Source of the DNA: Mizuhopecten yessoensis
Lineage: Eukaryota
Length of the DNA: 64,000 bases
Assembly (NCBI RefSeq): GCF_002113885.1
Contig: NW_018407191.1
Location: 520,744-584,743 of the forward strand
Reading direction: 5' to 3'
Of the stretch, positions 53,082-64,000 are shown in pieces (the stretch's first letter is position 1; each line of letters opens with the position of its first letter). A model generated the notes under the pieces. It saw only the letters and a program-made list of their open reading frames with translations. It did not search any database and was not told where the DNA came from. Both the position numbers and the translations under genes were made by a program.

Positions 53082-55250
53082 ATGTCGTTTTCGTGTTTAA
53101 AAATCGCGTTTTTTCTTACTGTTATTTCCTATAGTAACGGGTCTGATGAGAAGCGAATTCTTCTCAGTGATCCACAGTACATACAACAGGAGATGACCAG
53201 ATTCCAGTCCGAGCTTCAGGAGATGAGAGTCAAGTACAACGATCTACAGGCCAAGTATGACGCACAGAATACCGAGCTGTTGTCTCTTCAGGCCAAGTAT
53301 GACGCACAGAATACCGATCTGTTGTCTATTCAGGCCAAGAATGACGCACAGAATACCGATCTGTTGTCTCTTCAGACAACCGTTACAGGACTTCCAGGTA
53401 AGTCGAATTGATTATTTTTGTGGCAAAGCATTTTTTTTTGTTCCTTTTTAGAAAACGAATATGACCATGGTATAGAGGATTAAAAGTATAATAAAGAACA
53501 CATGTTTATTCCGTAACTTCTAAACGATTTTTACTATTCCAAATTTATTAGAAATGTTATGCATCTCCACCGTGCATTACGTCTGATTTTGTCTTCATCG
53601 GAGACATCAACTTCAGTGCTAGAAAAACATAGGTTTATTGTTTCTTCGTGTGTTTTTTGATAGAAATCATATATACAAACTCTAATAATTGATTAAAATG
53701 TCATCACAATGTCATAGCTCAGAATGTTTTCTTTAATAATACAGTTAATTTTGATCATATGCAATATATTGGTCCTTATTGTAACCCACGACAATGCAAG
53801 ATATCGTATTTCCCCAGTAGTTTTAATTCTTTTTTATTTGTAACTCATCGGTTTTTTTCACTGATAGAGTCAGTTCCGAATTTTTAATTAGTTCACTTTG
53901 TGTCCAATATTGCATGATTTAATTTAATTTGCATGACATCAAATTGATTATAATGTCGTTTGAAAACACAATACATCAGTTATCGAGTTGTTCTCGGTGG
54001 TTATACAAGCTAACAAATAAAGTATGCAGAATTACCCGATTACGTTTGTTTATGCATAATTAGAAAAAAATCCAGAAACTGCTTAAAGTTTACGAATGTG
54101 TGTATTTTAGCACGTGACCAGCAGTTTTAACTACTTATTTAAAACTAAAATTCTTAGGACAGTTGTAAATAATCCTTTTACGTTCTATATAAAATTGACA
54201 GGCGGCAGAGGAGCAGTGTTTACAAGGTGGGGAAGGAATGACTGTCCCGCCAATACAACAACCATGGTTTACTCAGGTACATTTAAACCTCGATATAGTG
54301 CCCCTTATTACATTTCCCACCTCGCTTAACGCCAACATATTTCCAGGTCCATTTTTCTCATAATATTGAAAATGGTTTTGTATATTTCCCCACATATCGC
54401 CAATCCCCTTTATAACGCCAACATTTATCTAGACAAACGGTGGCAGTATAACGAGGTTTTACATTAGTTGATTTATTTTCCATAGTTCATATCAACATTG
54501 GCTCGGTGTAATATTGGTGTGTTGAATTATCATATAACCTAAATAATTAACAAGACATGACTTTATAATATTGTCACTATACATGTTTGATAATAGACAT
54601 ATGTCATTGTAGTTTCAAAATACACACGTCAATGTTGAATGAGTGGCTGAAGAAGAACACGCAAACCTTCCTTTTTCAGACCGTAATAATTATGAAGATT
54701 TATTTGTTTCGGTGTTATTTTAACTTAATGCCAAACTAACATGCTATGTGTATGTATTAATACAGGATATGCTGGTGGGTCTTATTTTACCCACCCTGGA
54801 GCGGCAGCAGAATACGTCTGTATGCCTACCGATCCAATATGGGGACCCTACAAGGATTACGTTTACGGCAACGAAAATGTTGGATACATATATGGGGCTG
54901 AGTACGAAGAACCTGCACATATTTTTAGTATGCCAAATTCCGCAGAGGACGTACCGTGCTCCGTCTGTCTTGGTTCATCGCACAGCGCCTCCCTCATGAT
55001 CCCGGGTAGGACACAGTGCTATCCCGGATGGACGGAGGCCTATCATGGTGAGCTAGCCTCCGGTTACCATGGCCATGCTGCAGCCTCGCAGTATGTCTGT
55101 GTTGATCAAGATCCACAAACCCTTCCCGCGGGAGGTACCCATGATGAGAATGGTAAATTATTCTATGGTGTCAAAGCTAAATGTGGATCATTACCTTGTC
55201 CACCGTATGAGGACGGGAAATTCCTCTCGTGTGTTGTGTGTATGAAGTGA
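53082..55250 (+). CDS. Secreted coiled-coil plus short-chain collagen C4-like domain protein, copy 1 (291 aa, 3 exons)
   Basis: Exons 53082-53397, 54202-54276, 54766-55250 (876 nt, phases 1/1). Signal peptide, DEKR, heptads, then TRWGRNDCP, YSGYAGGS, YGAEYE, DVPCSVC, MIPGRTQCYPGW, CGSLPCPPY, CVVCMK*. AATAAA overlaps the stop. Confidence 0.9.
53247..53372 (+). repeat. In-frame 42-bp x3 coding tandem repeat (14 aa)
   Basis: Units CAGGCCAAGTATGACGCACAGAATACCGAGCTGTTGTCTCTT at 53247, 53289 and 53331. Confidence 0.95.
54280..54464. mobile_element. MITE inserted at the intron 2 donor of C4-like copy 1
   Basis: TA|CATTTAAACCTCGATATAGTGCC ... GGCAGTATAACGAGGTTTTACAT|TA. Confidence 0.75.
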
Positions 55251-56051
55251 ATAAAGTATCAACATGTATTCAAATTATGAAAATAAAAGAAAGCAAATAT
55301 ATCGTTCCTGCTCCTTTCTGTTCAGTGATATAATAAGTCTTAATATACTTGAAATTTTCAAGGAGGTTCACCTGCCAAAAAATGCATTGTCTTACAGTAA
55401 ATCGAATACAGCTATCAAAATATAATTTACTCCGTATGAAAACAATTGTATTTGCGTTTTAATACTACTGTTTGCTTCCAGAAGAGAATTATGTAAAACT
55501 TCATCATATTCCTACCAAAGTGACGATAGAAGTAAATGACTCATAGAAATAATTTGAACATTTATCCCTCTGATACAAAGCAGACTATGGTTATGATCAA
55601 CTGAAATGCAAATGCAACGTTTCACTATTTATTGTTTGATTTATTTGTTTCTAAATGAAAGAATTCCTCCCTATCTTCTGCAAATCGGTGTTTAGATGGT
55701 ATAGCATTACCTCATCAACTGATATGTGATCAATATAAATCGGATAAAAAGGTAAATTATAACACCACAGGATTATAATTGCATAAACATTTAATCGGAC
55801 GTCAACATCCTTTTAATAATAATGGTTGAACCATCCGCGAAATTCCAAGAGTTATGCTCACTTAAGTTATCTGCACCCCAGGAATATACCATGGCACAAT
55901 AGAAGGCACGCGGTTAGATATTTGGCAGGTTTCAGATTAAAACAAAACTGACAAAAAACGCCTCGCTGGTACATGTACATAACCAATTTTACCGTTGTAT
56001 TGCCGAGCAAATCTTTTGGTGTACATCAAAGATCACCCTAGCCTAATTGGG

Positions 56052-56242
56052 TTGGTTTGTTTGTGGTTTACGTCCTGTTAACAGCTATGTTCATTTAAGG
56101 ACGTGCCAGTGTTTTGTTGGTGAAGGAAAGCCGGAGTTCCCGGAGAAAAACCACCGACCAACGGCCAGTACCTAGGGCCAGTGTTGGATGACTAGCGGAA
56201 GCAGAATGCCAGACGCCTTAACCACTTGGACACTGCGGCTCC
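56052..56242 (-). mobile_element. tRNA-derived SINE (V-domain-like), internally deleted
   Basis: Head GGAGCCGCAGTGTCCAAGTGGTTAAGGC, core TTTTCTCCGGGAACTCCGGCTTTCC, (CAAA)n-like tail. Confidence 0.7.
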
Positions 56243-56619
56243 CATTGTTTACTAATTGTATCCTCCACAGGGTTACACGTACCGAGCCTTAGATTTAGTT
56301 GTGGCACATCCCAAGGTAGCAGAGAACATAAGAGAGCGTAATCCATGGGATTGCAAGGATCTTTTGATTCAAACGCAGAAAAAGACAATAAAACTACCGC
56401 AAATAATCTGTGAGTAAAATTTGCATGATAAGCATAATAATGTAACTTTTTAACTGTTACTTAAGCGACAGGGAGGCTAAGCATGAACATGAAATACCAG
56501 TTATACGTCTACTAAACACTTATGTGTATACCATTCATACAATCACCAAAGTAATATTTATATGTTATTATTACCGTGATTTAACAAATAATTCCAAAGT
56601 ATTGCAGTCTGTTTTTAAA

Positions 56620-57610
56620 CAACGAGAGAATACTGAAGAACAAAACCACAATTCGAACTCAAACTCAAAATCATTGATAAAAATAGGGTAAATATGAACA
56701 AATGAAAAATGTACATGGAGACCCCTGCAAAAGGAGAAGGAGTTTAAGACCTGATGGTCCGAAAGGGTAAGCGTCTTTTCCTTTCTCGAGGACACACGTC
56801 ATGAAAATCTCAGTCGAAATATAGTAATGTCACGACCTCGCATCGAGAACTCGGGAAGTGATAACAAAACCACAAGGAACTCTAGTGAGCATAATAAAAA
56901 TATAGACCCTCAGATCACACAAAACAGTAATATATTTCCTGTGATATCCTTATGAGAACTATAAAACTTGTCCATAGTCTTTATCAACCTGCATCTTAGG
57001 AAACCCTGTTTTGTAAGTTTGTCCGGCAGCAGTCGACATCTAACACTGAAGTCATGATATTCGGAGCAAGCTCTTGAGTATCGAATCAACTGCGACATGT
57101 AAACACCGTGCGTAGGTGAAGTAGAGATGTTGCTATCAAGGAGTGAAAGATCACGATAGGAAAGTCGAAATCGTTTCTCTTATCATACAGCTTAGTAGGA
57201 TGCCGTCCCTGTTGGTAATGTTGTAAGTAAAGACCGAGGAAAGCGGCTGAAGCTGAAGAGTCTTTATTGTCCTCGATTCAAGCTCTTGAGTATATACAAT
57301 CGATGTGATTACTAAATGTTTTTCAAATACAGCACATTGTCGATTTATCTGTGTGAAATTAAAGGAATTTGCTATGTTTTTGTTACCATTCCTAATTAGT
57401 TCATCAATGAATTTGGTTTCGTATGCTAACAGAAAAAAAGTGCCAGCAGAGGGGTACAGTTTCTTTCTATGGGAATGCCTACAGTCTGCTTGAAAATCTT
57501 TGGCAACGAACTCAACATGGATTTTGTCAAACGGAACTCAGTCATTCTCACAATTCCGTCGTCAGAATAGCTTAGCCTCTGTTGTGCTTTTAACGAAACA
57601 AACTCCATAT
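56620..57610 (-). mobile_element. Penelope-like RT fragment with no C-terminal endonuclease (possibly Naiad-type), decayed, between the two duplicated segments
   Basis: IFKQTVGIP..NCTPLLA (RT motif B), ASAAFLGL, KLYDKRNDF, GVYMSQLIRYSRACS...KLTKQGF, followed by the conserved tail at 56747-56802. Confidence 0.8.
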
Positions 57611-59524
57611 TAATTTAAAACACATATTGATATCGGTGTACGCCTTTCTTTGATAAGGAAGCTAGCATAACAAGAGAACGTAGGCGTTCCTTTAGTCTGA
57701 TATGAGGAATGGGACGTAGTGTGCACGATAGGAAAGTCAAAAATTGTGATAGTACAAAACATTCTTGAAAAGAGGATCGCTAAGTACAAGTTTGAAATTT
57801 AAGTATAATTCTTTTTTAAGATTCGAAATATACTTTGATTATATAGCATATAAAAGTGATGTGCATTTCCAAAGACATATTCATTTTCAATGCTTCCACA
57901 AAACTTGTTCCGATACTTGAAGACATTGAATTGCTAATGTTTTACCCTCCCTGTGCTTTATATGACGTTGTGAGCAATTTCAGTATTGCTACAACGTTGA
58001 CATCATTAACTGAATGGATGGATAGCATTAAAAACTCTTCAATGCTATTTACCAACAGATGTATAAGGTGTGGCGCCATTAAATGAAGAATTAATTAAAA
58101 CAGATAACACGTCAAACCTCGTTATTTTCCTGTTGCAGCTGTCACAAGCATCCATTTTAACAGCAAACAATACAAATGCGTATATATATCAGTATTTGTG
58201 TTGACTACTTAGTATAGTGAATACAGTGATATTCGTTGGAAAAGATCTAATCAACAATGGGCATTCATTAACTGTATCAAGTATTCTTCACACAGTCAAA
58301 ATTAATCATGGTTTACAATTTTCTGTTTTCCATAATAAAGTCACAAAAGTTGTACACGAACAAGGATGATTTTTTCTGAATGTGATCTCTGAATACTGGT
58401 TTGTAATTTCAGTTTACAGTAAAACCCCGCTTACTCCAACTCGTGGGGTCCAGAACAATGGTTCGAGGGTTACATGGTATTTGACGAATCTGAGGATCGA
58501 CCGACATCGTCATTTTGTTTTATCAGGTGTACATGTGACGACAGACAGTATGAGCGCACTCTAAATATCGCGGATAGTAGATGATAGAAGTAAAAAAGAA
58601 GTTTATTAAAGATGACAACATTTAATAAGATATAAAATAGCTGACCAATGAAGACATGTAGCCACCGGTATTAGGAAAGGAAATAAAATACAAAAGCTGC
58701 CTGTGTAACGTACTTGTCGTTTTGACACTGTCCGCCATTCAGTAATAGGCAAAGTTAATTTTACAAAATATCAAAATGCTAGGAACTCTTCGGTCATTTT
58801 AAAATAAAGAAAATCTTGAATTCCTGTTATCATAATGTTACTTGGTAACAAATTAACAATTACGACGTATTCAAGTATGAATATCGTTAAAGATAGTCAA
58901 GAATCCTCTATGTGTTTCCTTTTTAAGATTTGAAATATGTTTTGATAATAAAAAATATAAATTTGATGTGCATTTTCTTAAGATATTCATTTTTACCACT
59001 TTCACAAAACTATTGCCGATACTTAAAGACATTGAAGTGCCATGTTTACCCTTCCTGTGCTTTATAATTAAGACGTTGAGAATTAAAACAGATAGCTCGT
59101 CATGTTTTAATAATTTTCCTGTTGAAGCTGCTACAAGCATCGATTTAAAATTTAAACAATACGTATGTGTATGTAAATCAATCTTTGTATTTACTACTTA
59201 ATGTAGTGAACGCAGTGAAGCGATATTCTTTTGAAAATATTTAATAGACAATGGACCTCTGAAATTATGAATATAACTCCGTACACATTACGTAACGATA
59301 TACAATGTGTAGAAGGAATCTACATGAACCAATTTTATATCTGAAATAAGCAAAATCATATTATCAGGAACTTTAACCTTGATCGGCGTCAAAATGTCAA
59401 ATGAGTGGGTGTTACATGTCATGAGTCTAGATAAACCTTTTTATCTACCGACTGGGTGATTTTTGTCTGCCGGGCGTAAGCACTACACGGATCGTTAAGT
59501 TTAGAAGTGTCTGTCCCTATCAAA

Positions 59525-61670
59525 ATGTGGTTTTCGTGTTTAAAAATCGCTTTTTTTCTAACTGTTATTTCCTATATTAACGGGTCTGATGAGAAGCGAA
59601 TTCTTCTCAGTGATCCACAGTACATACAACAGGAGCTGACAAGATTCCAGTCGGAGCTGCAGGAGATGCAGGTCAAGTACAATGCAATATCGAACCAGAA
59701 TACCGAATTGCAATCCCTGCAGGCTACCGTAACAAATCTGCAAAACACCGTGTTAACTCAAGACGCAATTATCAAAAGACTACCAAGTAAGTCGAATTAT
59801 GGCACAGCATTTTTTTCCATTTTTGAAAACAAATCTAAGTATGGCATAGATGGTTGTGAAAATGATAAAGAAAATGTATGTATATTCCTTAAATTCTAAA
59901 CGGTTTTTAGTATTCCAAACCTATTAGAAATGTTCAGTAGCTTGTCCGTGCTTTGTGGTATCACACCTGCAAAACAGCTAATTTTGTTTGCATCGGCGAC
60001 ATCAATTTCAGGTCTAGAAAAAAGGTATGTTTATTCTTTGTCTGTTTGTTTTCTGATAGAAATTATAAAATCATCACAGTGCCATAGCTCAGATATTTTA
60101 CAACTGATTTGTATAATATGCATTACATATTCTCATTTAGCCCACGACAATGCAATGTATTTTCCTAGTAGTTATAATTCCTTTTTATTTGTAACTCATC
60201 GGGTTTTTTCACTGATATAGTCGACAAATAGGTCAAATTCGAATTTTTAATTAGTTTACTATATATCCAATATTCCATGATTTAATTTAATTTGCATGAA
60301 ATCGAATTGATTACAATGTCGTTTTAAAACACTATACATCAGTAATCGAGTTTTTCTCGGTGGTTACAAAAACTAACAAATCAAGTATGCAGAATTGACC
60401 GATTGCCTTTGTTTATAAATAACAAGAAAAACCCTCAAGAAACTGCTTACCTTACGAATGTGTGTTTTTGAGCACGTGACCAGCAACTTTTTAATATATA
60501 AAACTACTAATTTGAAACTCTAAAAATCTGATGACAGTTGTAAATAATCCTTGTACGTTCTATATAAAATTGACAGGCGGCAGAGGAGCAGTGTTTACAA
60601 GATGGGGAAGGAATGACTGTCCTGTCAATACAACAACCATGGTTTACTCAGGTACATTTAAACCACGATATAGTGTCCCTCATTACATTTGCCACCTCGC
60701 TTACCGCCAACAGTTTTCCAAGTACATTTTTCTCATAATATTGAAAATGGTTTTGTATATTTCCCCACATATCGCCAATCCCCTTTATAACGCCAACATT
60801 TATCTAGACAAACAGTGGCAGTATACCAAGGTTTTACATTAGTTGATTTATTTTCCATAATTCATTTCAACATTGGCTCGTTGTGATATTGGTCTGTTGA
60901 ATTATTATATAACCTAAATAATTAACAAAAATGAGTTAATAATATTGTCACTAAAACAAGTAAGTAGATTTGGTGAATATTTGCAAAAGTTCCTTGGTAA
61001 GATACATGTTTGATAATAGACGAATGACATTGTAGTTTCAAAATACACACTTCAATGTTGAATGAGTGGCTGAAGAAGAACACGCAAACCTTCCTTATTC
61101 ACACCGTAATAATTATGAAGATTTATCTTTTTCGGTGTTATTATAACTTAATGCCAAACTAACATGCTATGTTGATGTATTTATACAGGATACGCTGGTG
61201 GGTCTTATTTCACCCACCCTGGAGCTGCAGCAGAATACGTCTGTATGCCTAGCGATCCAATATGGGGACCATACAAGGATTATGTTAGCAACGAATATTT
61301 TGGATACGTGTATGGGGCTGAGTACGAAGTACCTGCACATATTTTTGGTATGCCGAATTTATCAGAGGACGTACCGTGTGCCGTCTGTCTTGGTACACAG
61401 TACACAGCCTCCCTCATGATCCCGGGTAGGACACAATGTTATCCCGGATGGACGGAGGGCTATCATGGTGAGCTAGCCTCCGGTTACTATAACCATGCTG
61501 CAGCCTCTCAATATGTCTGTGTTGATCAACATCCACAAGCCCTTCCCGCCGGAGGTAACCATAATGAGGATGGTAAATTATTCTATGGTGTCAAAGCTAA
61601 ATGTGGACCATTACCTTGTCCACCGTATGAGGACGGGAAATTCCTCTCGTGTGTTGTGTGTATGAAGTGA
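59525..61670 (+). CDS. Secreted coiled-coil plus short-chain collagen C4-like domain protein, copy 2 (272 aa, 3 exons)
   Basis: Exons 59525-59786, 60577-60651, 61189-61670 (819 nt, phases 1/1). Same motifs as copy 1; AATAAA overlaps the stop. Confidence 0.9.
60655..60839. mobile_element. MITE inserted at the intron 2 donor of C4-like copy 2
   Basis: Same position and sequence as 54280-54464. Confidence 0.75.
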
Positions 61671-62491
61671 ATAAAGTATCAACATGTATTCAAATTATGA
61701 AAATAAAAGAAAGCAAATATATCGTTCCTGCTCCTTTCTGTTCAGTGATATAATTAGTCTTAGTATACTTGAAATTTTCAAGGAGGTTGACCTGCCAGAA
61801 AATGCAGTCTTACAGTAAATCGGAAACAGCTATCAAAATATAATTTACTCCGTTTGAAGACAATTGTATTTGCGTTTTAATACTACTGTTTGCTTCCAGA
61901 AGAGAATCATATAAAACGTTATCATATTCCTACCAAAGTGACGATAGGGAAGATATGACTCATAGAAATAATTTGAGCATTTATCCCTCTGATACAAAGC
62001 AGACTATGCTTATGATCAACTGAAATGCAAATGCAACGTTTCACTATTTATTGTTGGATTTATTTGTTTCTAAACGAAAGAAATCCTCCCTACCTTCTGT
62101 AAAATCAGTGTTGAGATGGTATAGCATTATCTCATCAACTGTGGTCAATATAAATGGGATAAAAAGGTAAATCATAACCACAACATTATAAATGCATAAA
62201 CTTTTTTCCGGAAGTCAACTCATTCATGATAATGGCTGAACCATCCTTGAAATTCCAAGAGTTTCGCTCACTTATGTTCTGGAATACATCATGGCAAAAT
62301 AGTAGGCACGCGGTTAAGTATTTGGCTAGTTTCAGGTTAAAACAAAACTGACCAACGAACGCTACACTGATACTTGTACATAACCTTTAAAGATCACAAA
62401 GAACGACGCCCGACCGGTGAAGTTTACCGTTCTACTGCCACGTAATTCTTTTGGTGTACATCAAAGGATCAAACTAGCTTAATTGGTTTAG

Positions 62492-62714
62492 TTTGGTTTG
62501 TTTGTGGTTTACGTCCTATTAACAGTTATGGTCATTTAAGGGAAATGCCATGGATTTGTTGGTGGAGGAAAGCTGGAGTTCTCGGAGAATAACCACTGAC
62601 CAAAGGCCAGCACCTGGCGACTACCCCACGTAGGCCTCAAACACGCGACCCAGTGGTGGAAGGCTAGTGGTAGCAGAATGTCAGATGCCTTAACCACTTG
62701 GCCACCGCAGCCCC
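62492..62714 (-). mobile_element. tRNA-derived SINE (V-domain-like)
   Basis: Head GGGGCTGCGGTGGCCAAGTGGTTAAGGC, core TTCTCCGAGAACTCCAGCTTTCCTCCAC; duplicate of 56052-56242. Confidence 0.7.
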
Positions 62715-63339
62715 ATCGTATCCTCAACAAGGTTACACGTACAGAGCCTTAGCTTTAGTTGTGACACATCCCAATTTAGCAGGAAACATAAGAGGGCGCA
62801 ATCCCTGGGGTTTCAATGATGTTCTGATTCAAACGAAGAAAAAGACTATAGAGCTACCGCAAATTATCTGTGAGGCGTGGTAAGCAAAATATTAGAATTA
62901 AGAATGAAGCGACAGCGAGGCTAAACATTAATCAGATCAGTTTGGCCAGTTAAAGGGTCATTGATATCATGATTTGATGATATAAAGCTGCCAAACACTA
63001 ATAACAACAGTAAGATAGGACTTTTATCAATCAGCGATAAGTTAACACGCACGAGACACTAACCTGAATAATAGTTCTTCATGAGGATGTAAATAGAAAT
63101 CTTAAAGCTGAAATGGCTTGCACAATATTACAAAAATAATTGTTGATAATACAAGATAAAAAAAAATATCATAAAAATAACAAAGTGGCATTTACATTTC
63201 TGTATATGTTTTCAATAAATTGGATTTAAATTGGTCAGAGAAAGAGACAACCATGCAATAACAAAAACTATGAGAATTAAACTCATAACTGTTATTCATT
63301 TATGCAACGGTGATCATATCTATCCAGCTACGCTTCGTT

Positions 63340-63910
63340 GAAAATCTTGCTATAGATGTTGGAGAGTCCACAGACCCCCTCATCTCGATCCAGAACTTGC
63401 CCGCTGCGGCGTATCAAGATGGCTTCCTTTATCTGCTACTTGAACAATTGCTCCATGTCCAACAATTTGAAGTTATCCAAGTCAATTATATGGTTTTGAT
63501 GTATGGCATGGTCTGTGGATGCCGATTTATTTATCTGGGACTACGACTGCTTCCTTTCTGGTTAGGAGAATTCCTTTCCCTCTTGATTTTCTGTTTCTTT
63601 CCGGTGTTCACTAAGTCGGACCCCAACTCGCCTTCCAGTTTCTTCCATACATGATGCACCGCCGTGCTTGAATCCGATTTTGTGTATGCCTTCTGCGACG
63701 TTTCCTTTGGATGTTTTATCTTTAGGGTTTATCAGGATAATACGAAGCTTCTTGTGGGGATTCATGGCTGTCGCTATGTCGTGGCCGCAATATATCTTCT
63801 GAATGGTTTTTAATAGTCCCTTTGTATACGAAATGACCATTTGACCTTTCATGTTGCCCCTCTCCTTACTTTGACACTGTTTTTTAGGATATACACATGT
63901 TTTCATTTCC
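63340..63910 (-). mobile_element. Penelope-like GIY-YIG fragment, heavily decayed
   Basis: VISYTKGL, NPKDK, ETGRRVGVRLSEHRKE, TDHAIHQNHIID, IKEAILIR, DRDEG. Confidence 0.8.
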
Positions 63911-64000
63911 TAAGCAATGTGATTCTGCTGTTGCATTCTGTTCTTTTGTTCTGTGACAATTGTATCTCATCTGTTGAGCAAAGACCGTACTATGCCAAAA

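Larger units (their letters stand above)
51310..62930. repeat. Tandem segmental duplication: ~51310-56485 and ~57612-62930
   Basis: Colinear upstream region, three exons, both introns, intronic MITE, 3' flank and downstream SINE. Confidence 0.92.

Noticed and set aside
53143-53160. CTGATGAG hammerhead-like core (also at 9666, 29884, 59586)
   Set aside because: No stem II plus GAAA and no closing helices; two of these simply encode SDEK.

Overview
AT-rich animal genomic DNA with spliceosomal introns. The repeat families present suggest a mollusc, probably a bivalve (inference). There is one assembly gap at 10047-10560. Five spliced genes were reconstructed by hand, each with GT-AG introns and consistent phases. 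(1) A 3-exon gene on + (8703-11365) encoding a 164-aa secreted, Cys- and N-glycan-bearing protein I cannot assign to a family; the ORF track shows only pieces of it, and a Tc1 element sits in intron 2. (2,3) Two tandem 10-exon SLC22-type MFS transporter paralogues on -. Copy B (34141-48225) is intact at 565 aa. Copy A (12931-29472) has an in-frame TAA in exon 9. Exons 1 and 4 of the pair are only ~55% identical in protein, yet exon 2 is 204/206 nt identical and is embedded in a 58-bp tandem array that repeats its own splice donor. (4,5) Two tandem 3-exon genes on + encoding signal peptide, coiled coil and a short-chain-collagen-C4-like domain, inside a ~5.2-kb segmental duplication. The rest is transposon material: a CR1/L2-type LINE with a 2A-like motif, three Penelope-like fragments, a candidate variant hammerhead ribozyme, a miniature LTR element with tRNA-derived LTRs, a Crypton remnant, a Helentron-type element, MITEs, SINEs and minisatellites. 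All coordinates were read by eye and no searches were run.
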